From assembly GCA_032161105.1 (NCBI GenBank), contig JAVHTD010000012.1: DNA of 64,000 nt. One strand, 5' to 3'. Shown here in pieces: positions 1 to 8,887 of the stretch (positions are counted from its first letter, which is position 1; the number at the start of each line of letters is the position of its first letter). The translations under genes were made by a program, and so were the position numbers. Below the pieces are notes generated by a model. The model saw only the letters and a program-made list of their open reading frames with translations. It made no database searches and was not told the origin of the DNA. Origin of the DNA: Candidatus Thermosaccharophagus tengchongensis. GTDB taxonomy: Bacteria > Armatimonadota > Fervidibacteria > Fervidibacterales > Thermosaccharophagaceae.

Positions 1-103
1 GGGTGGACCGCACCCGCCAATACCAAAGGATGCCAAGTTTGCAGTGGAAAGAGCCGGAGGAATCGGGGATGAAATCGTGATTGTGAAGGAGTAGGGATTT
101 CAT

Positions 104-1393
104 GTGCCGAATGGGCAAATGGGAAACATATGGCACGAGCCGACATTGAGGGCGCTGCTTGGAGCCACACTTTGGTGGCTGCCATTCAACATTTTTTGGG
201 GAATTTTGCTCATTCATGGGCTGCAAATGCGGATTGAGGGGCTGGTTGAGCAAGCGGTTGCAGGGAGAGCGCTTGGGTGGTTGAACTTTGTTGGCGCATT
301 CGTCTCAACTGTGACGCAGCTTGTAGTCGGTCCGATAAGCGATGCGTTGTGGTGGACTGGTTTCCGAAGGCGATTGCCACTGGTGATTGGGACTTCGTTA
401 GCCTTCTTTCCGGTCCATTTCTTTCTCCACACCAAAAGGTTTGATGCATTGGTGCTAAACTTTGCACTCTTGCAGTTTCTGATAAACTGCGCTGCCGCAT
501 CTTTTCAAGCATTGATCCCCGATACCTTACCCGATGGCAAGCATGGAATTGCATCGGCATATATGGCGATGTGGGCATTGATTGGCAACCTTGCTGGGAT
601 GGCTATTTGCATTGCTGTTCTTGGCAGGGTCCCAAAGCCAGCTGTGGAGATAGCATTATCAGCCACAGTTTTTGGCTCGTGGCTGTTTTTGTTCATTGTG
701 GCAATTTTGACGGCAGTTTTGATCAAGGAGCCACCGCCGTCAGCTGGCTCAATGATGGCAAAATCACCTTGGCAAATCCTCTCAGCGATGAACTTCAAGG
801 ATGTGGTTGAGCATTGCAGCTTTATGTGGCTATTTGCTTCCCGCTTCGCAATTCAAATGGGGGTTTATGGCTCAATACCCTTCCTCAGGTGGTATGTTCG
901 TGACACGCTCCGAAGCGATAAAGTTGTCGTTGATACTGCTACAGTCGGCATTTGTGCCATAATCGGGAGCGCCATCTCAATCTTGCCAGCCGGAAAACTC
1001 GCCGATAGATACAGCAAGAGGCTGATCATATTCGCTGCATGCTCAGTGGCGATGCTTGGCGGGGTAATCTTCATTTGCGCAAATTCAAAGTTTACAGCGA
1101 TGGCTGCGGCAATCATCCTCGGGATGGGCTTTGGTGCATTTAGTGCTGTTGATTGGGCACTCGCATGCAACTTGGTGCCAAAGGAATGGGCTGCAAAGTT
1201 TATGGCTGTGTTTCACATTGCTTTCACTTTGCCGCAGGCTGTGTCCAGCTTCATTGGCGGCTTTGTTGGGGATCTTGGCAATCAGTTCTTTGGCAGGGGA
1301 ATTGGCTGGAGGCTCGTCTTTGCAATGTGCGTTGTCTACTTCTTTGTCGGGACATGGATGATACGAAATGTCACGGAGAGAAGAGTAGGTTAG
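104..1393 (+). CDS. MFS-family transporter, substrate unknown
   Basis: 429-aa ORF, hydrophobic throughout with about 12 helix-length segments. MFS motif-A-like loops GPISDALWWTGFRRRLP (N-half) and AGKLADRYSKRLII (C-half). GTG start at 104. Confidence 0.7.
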   Translation: MPNGQMGNIWHEPTLRALLGATLWWLPFNIFWGILLIHGLQMRIEGLVEQAVAGRALGWLNFVGAFVSTVTQLVVGPISDALWWTGFRRRLPLVIGTSLAFFPVHFFLHTKRFDALVLNFALLQFLINCAAASFQALIPDTLPDGKHGIASAYMAMWALIGNLAGMAICIAVLGRVPKPAVEIALSATVFGSWLFLFIVAILTAVLIKEPPPSAGSMMAKSPWQILSAMNFKDVVEHCSFMWLFASRFAIQMGVYGSIPFLRWYVRDTLRSDKVVVDTATVGICAIIGSAISILPAGKLADRYSKRLIIFAACSVAMLGGVIFICANSKFTAMAAAIILGMGFGAFSAVDWALACNLVPKEWAAKFMAVFHIAFTLPQAVSSFIGGFVGDLGNQFFGRGIGWRLVFAMCVVYFFVGTWMIRNVTERRVG

Positions 1394-1579
1394 CGCCACA
1401 GGCATAACTGTCCCGAGGCATAATAGCCCAAAGGCTTCAAGGCGCTTTCAGTTGCAATTGCCTTTTCGTTCTCAAAAGCGCTACAATCGTTTTGAGCACT
1501 CAGATGCATCGGTGAAGTGAAGCATTTTCGCCATAGTGGCACGCCGAAGTTGTCTCTCAAAACGCCTGCAGAGGAGGGG

Positions 1580-2836
1580 ATGCACATGAGGCAGACGAGA
1601 AGGCAATTCCTGAGCGATGCGGCTGCATTCGCTTCTTTGACGATACTCAGCAAATCCGTCTATGGCGCAAATGAAAAGATCGGTGTCGGCATTATCGGTT
1701 GTGGTGGTATGGGTGGCGGTCACATTGGCACGGTGAGGAGGCTAAAAGAAAAGGGTGAGGCAGTTGAGCTTGTTGCCGTTTGCGATGTATGGCGCAAGCG
1801 CCTTGATGGTGTGGCGAAGGCGACTGGCGCAACGCCATACATGGACTATCGTAAGCTGCTTGAGGACAAGGCAGTGGATGCGGTTTGCATTGCGACCCCG
1901 GATCACTGGCATGCCAAGATAGCCATTGATGCAATGGAGGCTGGTAAGGATGTTTACTGCGAGAAGCCAATGACATACTGGAAAAGATTTGATGAGCCAA
2001 AGCGCATCGTTGAGACGCTGCAGAAGACAAAGCGAGTCCTTCAAGTTGGAACTCAAGGCATGTCCGACAGCATTTGGGAGCAGGTTGCTGAAGCGATAAG
2101 CGCCGGAGAGATTGGAACACTCATTCATGCACAAGCCGCTGATATGCGCACCGGGCATTGGAGTGTCCTTTGCGGATGTGAGAAGGACATTGACCCGGAT
2201 GCAAAGCCCGGTGAAAATCTTGATTGGGACATGTGGCTTGGTTGGCAATTTGGGCTTGCTCCAAAGCGCCCATGGGAGCCAAGCAGGTTCTTTGCATTTC
2301 GCATCTTCTGGGACTACTCGGGCGGTTTGGCTACCGATTGGTTTCCGCACATACTTACGCCACTTGTTAGGGCAATGGGATTGAAGTTCCCAAAGCGCGT
2401 AACAGCTTCCGGTGGCTTGTATGTGCCTGAGCACAAGGGCAGGTGGGAGGTGCCCGACATATTTCAAATGCTCGTTGAATACCCAAATGGTCCTTCCGTC
2501 TTGCTCGTTGCGTGCTTGGGTAACAACTTTGGCATGCCGATGCTCATTCGTGGTAGCAAGGCGACGCTCACCTTTGAAGGTCCGGGGGCTGTGATACATC
2601 CGCAGCGCGAAGTCGTAGGTGACCAGCCAAGGAAGGAGATTGCGCGCACTCGTGGTGCATCCCTTGAGGAGCATTGGCGTGATTTCTTGAATTGCATACG
2701 AACGCGCCAGCAGCCAAGGAGCAATGCCTTGTTGGGTTACTATGTCATGACCGCAATTCACATGGGCATACGCTCATACCTTGAGGGGCGCACAATGGAG
2801 TTTGACGAGGCAACAGAGACAGTCAAGCCGGTGTGA
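1580..2836 (+). CDS. Gfo/Idh/MocA-family NAD(P)-dependent oxidoreductase with twin-arginine (Tat) signal peptide
   Basis: ORF 1517-2836. Tat motif MRQTRRQFLSDAAAFASL follows the ATG at 1580, which is preceded by GAGGAGGGG. Rossmann motif IGVGIIGCGGMGGGH and the family motif VYCEKPM are present. Confidence 0.85.
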   Translation: MHMRQTRRQFLSDAAAFASLTILSKSVYGANEKIGVGIIGCGGMGGGHIGTVRRLKEKGEAVELVAVCDVWRKRLDGVAKATGATPYMDYRKLLEDKAVDAVCIATPDHWHAKIAIDAMEAGKDVYCEKPMTYWKRFDEPKRIVETLQKTKRVLQVGTQGMSDSIWEQVAEAISAGEIGTLIHAQAADMRTGHWSVLCGCEKDIDPDAKPGENLDWDMWLGWQFGLAPKRPWEPSRFFAFRIFWDYSGGLATDWFPHILTPLVRAMGLKFPKRVTASGGLYVPEHKGRWEVPDIFQMLVEYPNGPSVLLVACLGNNFGMPMLIRGSKATLTFEGPGAVIHPQREVVGDQPRKEIARTRGASLEEHWRDFLNCIRTRQQPRSNALLGYYVMTAIHMGIRSYLEGRTMEFDEATETVKPV

Positions 2837-2870
2837 AAAGCCTTGGCGCTCGCTTGAATGCCATGCGGAG

Positions 2871-3794
2871 GTGCGATGGGTGGCGAGGGCATGGATTGAT
2901 GGCTCATTAGTGCGCATTGAAACAGAGCGCTATTGTGCAGCCGTTCAAACGAAGGGCTATGTCACCGGGGTTATGGGTGGCAGTTTCATTGACAAGGCGA
3001 CAGGTGCAAGGGATGTTGGGTTTGGTTTGGTCATCGTTGATTTCCTACTTGAGCCCGGCGCTGACACTGAAGAGACGCCAAAGGAGTTGCGCTACCACTG
3101 GGGTGATGCAATTCATGGCAATATACCAAAGCGCTATGTTGAGCTGCCGCAGATATGCACGCAAGCAAAAGAGCTCCCGTTTGAGATTGTTGAGGGTGAC
3201 GGCTTTGTTGCAGTGCATCAATGGTTCACTTGGAGCGTTGCGCGCCCACCGTATAAGCCGGGCTCAAGATGGGAGCAGTGGCTTGTCTTCCCGGAAGGCG
3301 TTCGTTGGTTTGTCTCGTATGATGTCGTAAGGAGCGCAAACGATGTTGATTGTCTCCTCTTGCGCATGGACATGCCATGCCACATAAGGCACAATCGCGG
3401 AGATACATTCAGGCAAATCTACCTCAGCTATCACGGCTTCATACCGGCTGAGGTATTCTTTGAGGACTTCCCACCGCATGAACGATACCTCTATCGGCGT
3501 GAGGATGGGAAGGTGCCAAGGCGTTTCATTCGCGGCGCGCAGTTGAGAGACGACATTTGGCTGCTTGGGATGTGCTTAAAGCCATCAATGGTTTATGAGG
3601 CATGGTGCCATCAGCGTGGCTATGTGTGCATGATTCAAGAAATTGGCGGCTTGAAGGTGAAGGCAGGCGATGCCTTTGGTGCGGTGCACATCGTCGGCTT
3701 CTTTGAGGATGTCGCCGAAGCCGAAAAAACTTTTGATGAGCATGAAGGGAAAGAGGCGCTCATAATCAAGGGACGAAGTTGGGAACTTGTGTAG
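2871..3794 (+). CDS. hypothetical protein with no recognised family, downstream partner of the Tat oxidoreductase
   Basis: ORF 2781-3794. The first 56 nt overlap the upstream gene, and the GTG at 2871 is the first start clear of it. Coding is inferred from length, tight spacing and lack of a competing ORF. I recognise no motif. Confidence 0.5.
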   Translation: MRWVARAWIDGSLVRIETERYCAAVQTKGYVTGVMGGSFIDKATGARDVGFGLVIVDFLLEPGADTEETPKELRYHWGDAIHGNIPKRYVELPQICTQAKELPFEIVEGDGFVAVHQWFTWSVARPPYKPGSRWEQWLVFPEGVRWFVSYDVVRSANDVDCLLLRMDMPCHIRHNRGDTFRQIYLSYHGFIPAEVFFEDFPPHERYLYRREDGKVPRRFIRGAQLRDDIWLLGMCLKPSMVYEAWCHQRGYVCMIQEIGGLKVKAGDAFGAVHIVGFFEDVAEAEKTFDEHEGKEALIIKGRSWELV

Positions 3795-3807
3795 AGTGGT
3801 GATTAGC

Positions 3808-4392
3808 ATGGCAGGACAGCTCCCCGAATACATCATCAGCGTGATGGCTCGTGATAGACCGGGGATAATCGCCGGCATCGGGAAGGCAATCTATGAGCTT
3901 GGTGGCAACATAGAGGAATTGAGCCAAACAGTCGTGAGAGGTTACTTCACCGTCATTGTGTGTGTCACCTTCCCAGAGCCGCAGCCGCCGCTTGAAGAAG
4001 TTGTGAGGGCGATTGAGTCAACAGGTATTCCAGGTGAGTTGCATGTCACGGCAGCATTGCGCCACCCAAGTGAGCCATTAAGCGCGACACCGGAAAACTA
4101 TGACCGCTTCATACTCACGGTGTATGGTAACGACCAGCCCGGCATAATTTATCGCATGGCTTCATATCTCGCATCAAGGGGCATCAATATCACTGACCTC
4201 TATGGAAGGACCAGTGATGGCGGTTTTATGATGGTGCTTGAACTCTCAGTCCCGCCGGAACTTGACCCAAGGGAGCTAAAACATGACCTTGAAGAGCTTG
4301 GACGCTCAATTGGGCTGTCGGCGCATTTTCAGCACGAGAACTTGTTTAAGGTGACGCACGACTTGCGCTCGCTGGCAGCGCCAACGCTTTAA
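3808..4392 (+). CDS. tandem ACT-domain protein (UPF0237/GcvR-like)
   Basis: Two ACT-like repeats: YIISVMARDRPGIIAGIGKAIYELGGNIEELSQTVVRGYFTVIV and FILTVYGNDQPGIIYRMASYLASRGINITDLYG. The ATG at 3808 is preceded by GGTGAT. Confidence 0.7.
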   Translation: MAGQLPEYIISVMARDRPGIIAGIGKAIYELGGNIEELSQTVVRGYFTVIVCVTFPEPQPPLEEVVRAIESTGIPGELHVTAALRHPSEPLSATPENYDRFILTVYGNDQPGIIYRMASYLASRGINITDLYGRTSDGGFMMVLELSVPPELDPRELKHDLEELGRSIGLSAHFQHENLFKVTHDLRSLAAPTL

Positions 4393-4419
4393 TTGCATCT
4401 TCTGCATCTTCTTTCGGAG

Positions 4420-4468
4420 GGCGCTTCTCCCGAAGCGCCGTTCTCTTCGGCGGCTCCGGAGAGCCGCC
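4420..4468. terminator. twin GC-rich hairpins between convergent genes (bidirectional terminator candidate)
   Basis: GGCGCTTC-tccc-GAAGCGCC at 4420-4439 and GGCGGCTC-cgga-GAGCCGCC at 4449-4468. They lie between the stop at 4392 (+) and the stop at 4509 (-). No clear U-tract. Confidence 0.55.
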
Positions 4469-4508
4469 CTCTGAATGATTACAGCTAAAGCCACCAACAG
4501 GCTCATGG

Positions 4509-5882
4509 TCAGTTCCTCAGGCTTGTTAATGGTGCTGGTATTCGCCCACCCATTCTGACGAATTCGCTGCTGCAGCCGACATTTCGTATTTCCATGACAA
4601 CGGTCTCGCCAAACAGCCCGCCAAATTTGACTTTCTCACCGGCGCGCTTTCCCGGGACCGGAATAACCCTCACAGCGGTTGTCTTGTGATTGAACACACC
4701 AATGGCAAGCTCATCCGCTATCAATGAGGCGATTGTCTCAGTATCAACATCCCCCGGTATCGCAATCATATCAAGCCCGACAGAACATACGCTCGTCATC
4801 GCTTCAAGTTTTTCAATCGTCAAATAGCCCATCTCTGCAGCGTGCGACAATCCGCTGTCCTCCGCAACTGGTATGAATGCCCCAGATAAACCTCCGACCG
4901 CTGATGAGGCAAATAAACCGCCCTTCTTAACGGCATCATTTAGCAGCGCTAATGCTGCTGTTGAACCAGGCGCACCAACATGCTTAATCCCCATAGCCTG
5001 AAGTATCTCGCCAACGCTGTCCCCAACTCTCGGTGTTGGTGCAAGCGACAAGTCAACTATGCCGAACTTGGCGCCAATTGCCTGCGCAATCTCCCTGCCG
5101 ATTAGCTCGCCGATGCGAGTCAGCCTGAATGCCGTCGTCTTTATCACCTCGGCGACATCGTTCAATGTCAACTTCGGCTTCATCTCCTTTGCGCGCTCAA
5201 TTGCTCCTTTAACCACGCCCGGACCGCTAACGCCCACATTGACAGCGCAATCTGCTTCCCCAATTCCGTTGAATGCGCCAGCCATGAATGGGTTGTCTTC
5301 AGGAGCATTCGCAAACACAACGAACTTCGCACACCCAAAACCGTTAAGGTGAGCAGTGCGTTGCGCAACTTGAAGCAGCATCTCGCTGATGAGCAAAACT
5401 GCATCCATGTTTATCCCGGTGTTCGTAGAGGCTGCATTTACAGATGCGCATAAGCGCTCAGTTGTGCTTAGGGCTTCTGGGAGTGAGCGTATGAGCGTTT
5501 CATCATCTTCGGTCATGCCTTTGTGAACAAGAGCCGTGTAGCCGCCAATCAAATCAACGCCAAGTTCACGCGCTGTTTCATCAAGCGTCTTTGCCACCTT
5601 GATGAAGCCGTCAAGACCATGCCCGGAGGCTATGATGCTTATTGGAGTGACAGCTATTCTCCGATGCACAATTGGCACACCATACTTGACCTCAAGCGCT
5701 TCACATGCCGAGTGCAGCTTACTTGCGCGCTCAAGCAACCTTGACCGTATGCGCTTGCACAAGATATTGATGTCGTCGGAGTAGCAGCCAAGCAAGCTTA
5801 TTCCAACTGTGACAGTGCGCACATCAAAATTCTCCTCATGTATCATCCGTATCGTGCTGAGTATGTCTTCAGTGCGGACCAT
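4509..5882 (-). CDS. UPF0210 / DUF711 family protein (PFL-like fold, function unknown)
   Basis: 457 aa. Close full-length resemblance to UPF0210 proteins: ILSTIRMIHEENFDVRTVTVGISLL, FVVFANAPEDNPFMAGAFNGIGEADCAVNVGVSGPGVVK, C-terminal GGRIPAPLTSLRN. Confidence 0.8.
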   Translation of the reverse strand: MVRTEDILSTIRMIHEENFDVRTVTVGISLLGCYSDDINILCKRIRSRLLERASKLHSACEALEVKYGVPIVHRRIAVTPISIIASGHGLDGFIKVAKTLDETARELGVDLIGGYTALVHKGMTEDDETLIRSLPEALSTTERLCASVNAASTNTGINMDAVLLISEMLLQVAQRTAHLNGFGCAKFVVFANAPEDNPFMAGAFNGIGEADCAVNVGVSGPGVVKGAIERAKEMKPKLTLNDVAEVIKTTAFRLTRIGELIGREIAQAIGAKFGIVDLSLAPTPRVGDSVGEILQAMGIKHVGAPGSTAALALLNDAVKKGGLFASSAVGGLSGAFIPVAEDSGLSHAAEMGYLTIEKLEAMTSVCSVGLDMIAIPGDVDTETIASLIADELAIGVFNHKTTAVRVIPVPGKRAGEKVKFGGLFGETVVMEIRNVGCSSEFVRMGGRIPAPLTSLRN

Positions 5883-5988
5883 GCAATCACCCCCTTGATT
5901 GCATTATGGATCGCGCTACATAACGCCATCAGTGAGAGTAGCTTCAATTTAGCGGCGTGCGCCGAAGTGGCAAAGGAGGTGTGAATGG

Positions 5989-6266
5989 GGTGATGAACGC
6001 TACCAGAAGTTCGTAGTAAGACACCAAACGAAGTGTAGCGCCACCAACGAGGTTCGTAGTAAGGCACGAAACGAAGTGAAGTGCCGTCAACGATGCCATG
6101 ATGAACGCCACTTCGCTAACGCTTCGTGGCTTACTACGAACAATGCCATGATGGACGCCACTTCGCTTACGCTTCGTGGCTTACTACGAACGATGTCATG
6201 ATGAACGCCACTCCGCTATTGCTTCATGGCTTACTACGAACAATGCCCGTGGCTTACTACGAACAA
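5989..6266. repeat. compound repeat array: two ~43-nt units in one orientation followed by 3.5 tandem 50-nt units in the opposite orientation
   Basis: Units at 6009-6051 and 6052-6094 have the core GTTCGTAGTAAGRCAC...CGAAGTG. Units at 6091-6140, 6141-6190, 6191-6240 and partial 6241-6263 have the core CCACTTCGC...CTTCGTGGCTTACTACGAA. The two cores are reverse complements of each other. Confidence 0.9.
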
Positions 6267-6515
6267 TGCATTGCTCAATTGATGTCGTTTGACGAGATTG
6301 CAATGTGAGACTTTACAATCAAATTGCGCCGTGCCAAAGTTGGGTTGTGGGAGTTGGGTTTTCTGAATGGGGTCAATCTCACACCGAAGGAGGTGATGCA
6401 GTGAAAGTTCACAGGGGCAGTTTCCGAGTTCACGACTGAGGAACGATGTGAGGCGGACTATCGTCCGCCCTACAATCTCCACACGATGTTTTTAAACTCA
6501 AAGGAGGGGTGCGAA

Positions 6516-7262
6516 ATGAAGCGAGCAGCTGGAATGCTTAGGTTGAGGTGGAGAGGTTTTACGCTGATAGAGCTGCTGGTGGTGATAGCGATAATCGCCA
6601 TCTTGGCAGCGATACTGTTCCCCGTGTTTGCGAGGGCGAGGGAAAAAGCGAGAAGCGCATCATGCCAAAGCAACTTGAAGCAAATCGGGCTGGGCATTTT
6701 GCAGTATTGTCAGGACTACGATGAGTTCTTTCCGGTTGTGCGCGGATATGACCCGACTATTGGCAAGCTCTGGACATGGAAGTCGGAGATAATGCCCTAT
6801 GTGAAGAATGACAAAATCTTCACATGTCCATCAAGCCCCTACATTAACAATCCCTATTGCGGTGATTGCATAACTTGCGCCACCCAAAGTATTGAATCGC
6901 CATACCTTGACAGGTCTTATGCATGGGCAACTGCGAGTGGCGATAACCCTGCAACCGACAACTTCTCATACGGATGGGGAGCTCGTCCACCGCACCAGTC
7001 AATGATAAAGTCGCCGGCGAATGTTTTGATGATCGTAGAGACACATACAACCTGCATAGACCACTGTGCATGGTGTAGCGGCAATGCGCGCTGTGACCAC
7101 AATGGCTACGGCAACTTCCTCTTCGCTGATGGGCATGTGAAGATCATGAAATGGACACATACCTACCAGCCAGTATGCATGTGGGAGTTCAGCAGGGCTG
7201 CTGCGGGAACAATTTGTAGGGATCCCAATTGGGTGAACAATGTGCGTGCTGAATGCCGTTGA
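6516..7262 (+). CDS. prepilin-type N-terminal cleavage/methylation domain protein with H-X9-DG (DUF1559-like) C-terminal motif
   Basis: N-terminus [46 protein letters not shown]-terminal [11 protein letters not shown]. The ORF opens at 6486; the ATG at 6516 (MKRAAG...) is preceded by AAGGAGGGG. Confidence 0.85.
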   Translation: MKRAAGMLRLRWRGFTLIELLVVIAIIAILAAILFPVFARAREKARSASCQSNLKQIGLGILQYCQDYDEFFPVVRGYDPTIGKLWTWKSEIMPYVKNDKIFTCPSSPYINNPYCGDCITCATQSIESPYLDRSYAWATASGDNPATDNFSYGWGARPPHQSMIKSPANVLMIVETHTTCIDHCAWCSGNARCDHNGYGNFLFADGHVKIMKWTHTYQPVCMWEFSRAAAGTICRDPNWVNNVRAECR

Positions 7263-7651
7263 GGGCGCTGGCGATAAATGCCTCGCTGCCACTCACAAAC
7301 TCAGAACTGAAGAAGAGCTTTCATCGCCTGTGATAACTTGATGTGCGTGTTCAAGTTTTCTTGAGCATTCAAAATGCCGTCTTCTGTGATGCTCGTGCAA
7401 AGTGGCATTCGGATTTGAAGCACAGGAGGCGAAGTTTGTCCCGGCACTGCAGTGGAGGCGCTAACCCGAAAGGATCACGAATGACGGCGTGTTTTTCGCA
7501 CCGATTGCGCATTGCGGCATTGAGCCATTCGCTTTAACGCTCTCTTCATCCTCATGAAATACTCCCTGCGCCATACTAAGGGTTGAGTGTGTATGCCCTT
7601 CAACCTTTGCGTTTAATCAAGCGCTCATGCGATGAAGGGAGATAGGACCGT

Positions 7652-8293
7652 ATGCATGAGGGTAAGCGTGAGACGAACTCAATGTTTGACAGTGATAGCC
7701 TTACATGTGCCATTGGCTGTCCTGGTGTGGGAGGGAAAATTGATATTCTCACAACTCGCCTCAACGCGTTCAAGGAGTGGCTTGAGGATTTCCTAAGGGG
7801 TGTTGGCGTTGCGAGGCTGATTGATGTGGCTCGCAAGAATTCGCTCTGGTATATGACATTCGGATTGGCATGCTGTGCTATTGAGATGATGCACACGATC
7901 GGACCGAGATACGACTTTGACAGGTATGGCATGATGCCGAGGGCGACTCCGAGGCAATCGGATTTGATGATAATTGCCGGAACGGTCACATACAAGATGG
8001 CTCCGAGAATAAGGGTGCTCTATGAGCAGATGGCGGAGCCAAGGTGGGTAATAGCGATGGGCGCTTGCGCAATTGGCGGCGGTCCATTCTACGATTCGTA
8101 TAGCGTGTTAAATGGTGTGGACAAAATCATCCCGGTGGATGTGTATGTTCCGGGTTGTCCACCAACGCCCGAGCAATTGCTTTGGGGAGTGAAGATGCTT
8201 CAGGATAAGATACTTCGTGGCGAAGTCAGACGCATGCCAAAGGAACAAAAGGAGAAGCTCATGTCACTCATAGCGAAGCACACGGACAAGTGA
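7652..8293 (+). CDS. nuoB: NADH-quinone oxidoreductase subunit B-like protein (NuoB / hydrogenase small-subunit family)
   Basis: [31 protein letters not shown] and [12 protein letters not shown] give all four N2-cluster Cys ligands. An alternative start is at 7682. Confidence 0.85.
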   Translation: MHEGKRETNSMFDSDSLTCAIGCPGVGGKIDILTTRLNAFKEWLEDFLRGVGVARLIDVARKNSLWYMTFGLACCAIEMMHTIGPRYDFDRYGMMPRATPRQSDLMIIAGTVTYKMAPRIRVLYEQMAEPRWVIAMGACAIGGGPFYDSYSVLNGVDKIIPVDVYVPGCPPTPEQLLWGVKMLQDKILRGEVRRMPKEQKEKLMSLIAKHTDK

Positions 8294-8302
8294 TGGTGAT
8301 TT

Positions 8303-8887
8303 TTGATGGCGCTCGCCAGCAACTTCGTGAGGACAACTGCTGGGCTTATGAAGGGGCTTAAGGTGACCGCCAAAAATTTCCTTAGCACAGTCATCATGAG
8401 GCGGGCAATGACGATAACCGAAAAGTGGGGCGCAAGGAAAATAGCCGACAGGTATCGTGGGATAATCGTGCTCACCACGGACCTTCAAACTGGTGAGGAG
8501 AATTGCATCGGATGCATGGGGTGCGTGCGCGCTTGTCCGGACCATTGCATCTACATTGAAGTTGAAAGGCGAGAAGGGCACCGTGGGCGCTACCCGATTA
8601 AGTTCATCGTTGATTTGAGCCTGTGCAGCTTCTGCGGGCTCTGCGTTGAAGCCTGTCCAACGCCATCGCTAATCCACAGTCACATTTGGCAGTTTGGCGG
8701 TTACTCGCGCTCCGACCTTTTGCTCGGCAAGGAAAAGCTTTTGAAATGGGGCGACGAGGAGCAAGCGAGAAGGGGCGATGCCGAGTTGATCACCGGAAAA
8801 CGCTCACAGCAACGCCGCATAAAGGAAAGGGAGGGCGAGTCAACCGAGGCTAAGGATGAAAGCGCTGGTGAAGGTGAACAAGCATGA
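8303..8887 (+). CDS. nuoI: NuoI-like 2x[4Fe-4S] ferredoxin-type subunit with acidic C-terminal tail
   Basis: CIGCMGCVRACP and CSFCGLCVEACP motifs. N-terminal region (...DRYRGIIVL) resembles NuoI. TTG at 8303, ATG at 8306. The stop overlaps the thiC start (ATGA). Confidence 0.8.
   Translation: MMALASNFVRTTAGLMKGLKVTAKNFLSTVIMRRAMTITEKWGARKIADRYRGIIVLTTDLQTGEENCIGCMGCVRACPDHCIYIEVERREGHRGRYPIKFIVDLSLCSFCGLCVEACPTPSLIHSHIWQFGGYSRSDLLLGKEKLLKWGDEEQARRGDAELITGKRSQQRRIKEREGESTEAKDESAGEGEQA

Noticed and set aside
1-94. Open frame from the window edge to the TAG at 92-94 (...AKFAVERAGGIGDEIVIVKE), possibly the 3' end of an upstream gene
   Set aside because: Only 31 codons are visible and I recognise no motif. 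That is too little evidence to call a CDS.
1742-2761. 339-aa minus-strand ORF
   Set aside because: It is entirely antisense to the well-supported Gfo/Idh/MocA gene and has junk-like composition (Arg/His/Leu/Cys rich). It is a shadow ORF.
6091-6263. Possible CRISPR array, given regularly spaced repeats
   Set aside because: The 50-nt units abut directly with no unique spacers. There are inverted copies upstream and no cas genes. This is a tandem and inverted repeat, not a CRISPR.
7504-7531. Four tandem 8-nt CATTGCG-like repeats (GATTGCG CATTGCGG CATTGAGC CATTCGC)
   Set aside because: The repeats are short and imperfect, and I cannot distinguish them from chance. They are noted only as a possible protein-binding site in the nuoB-like leader.
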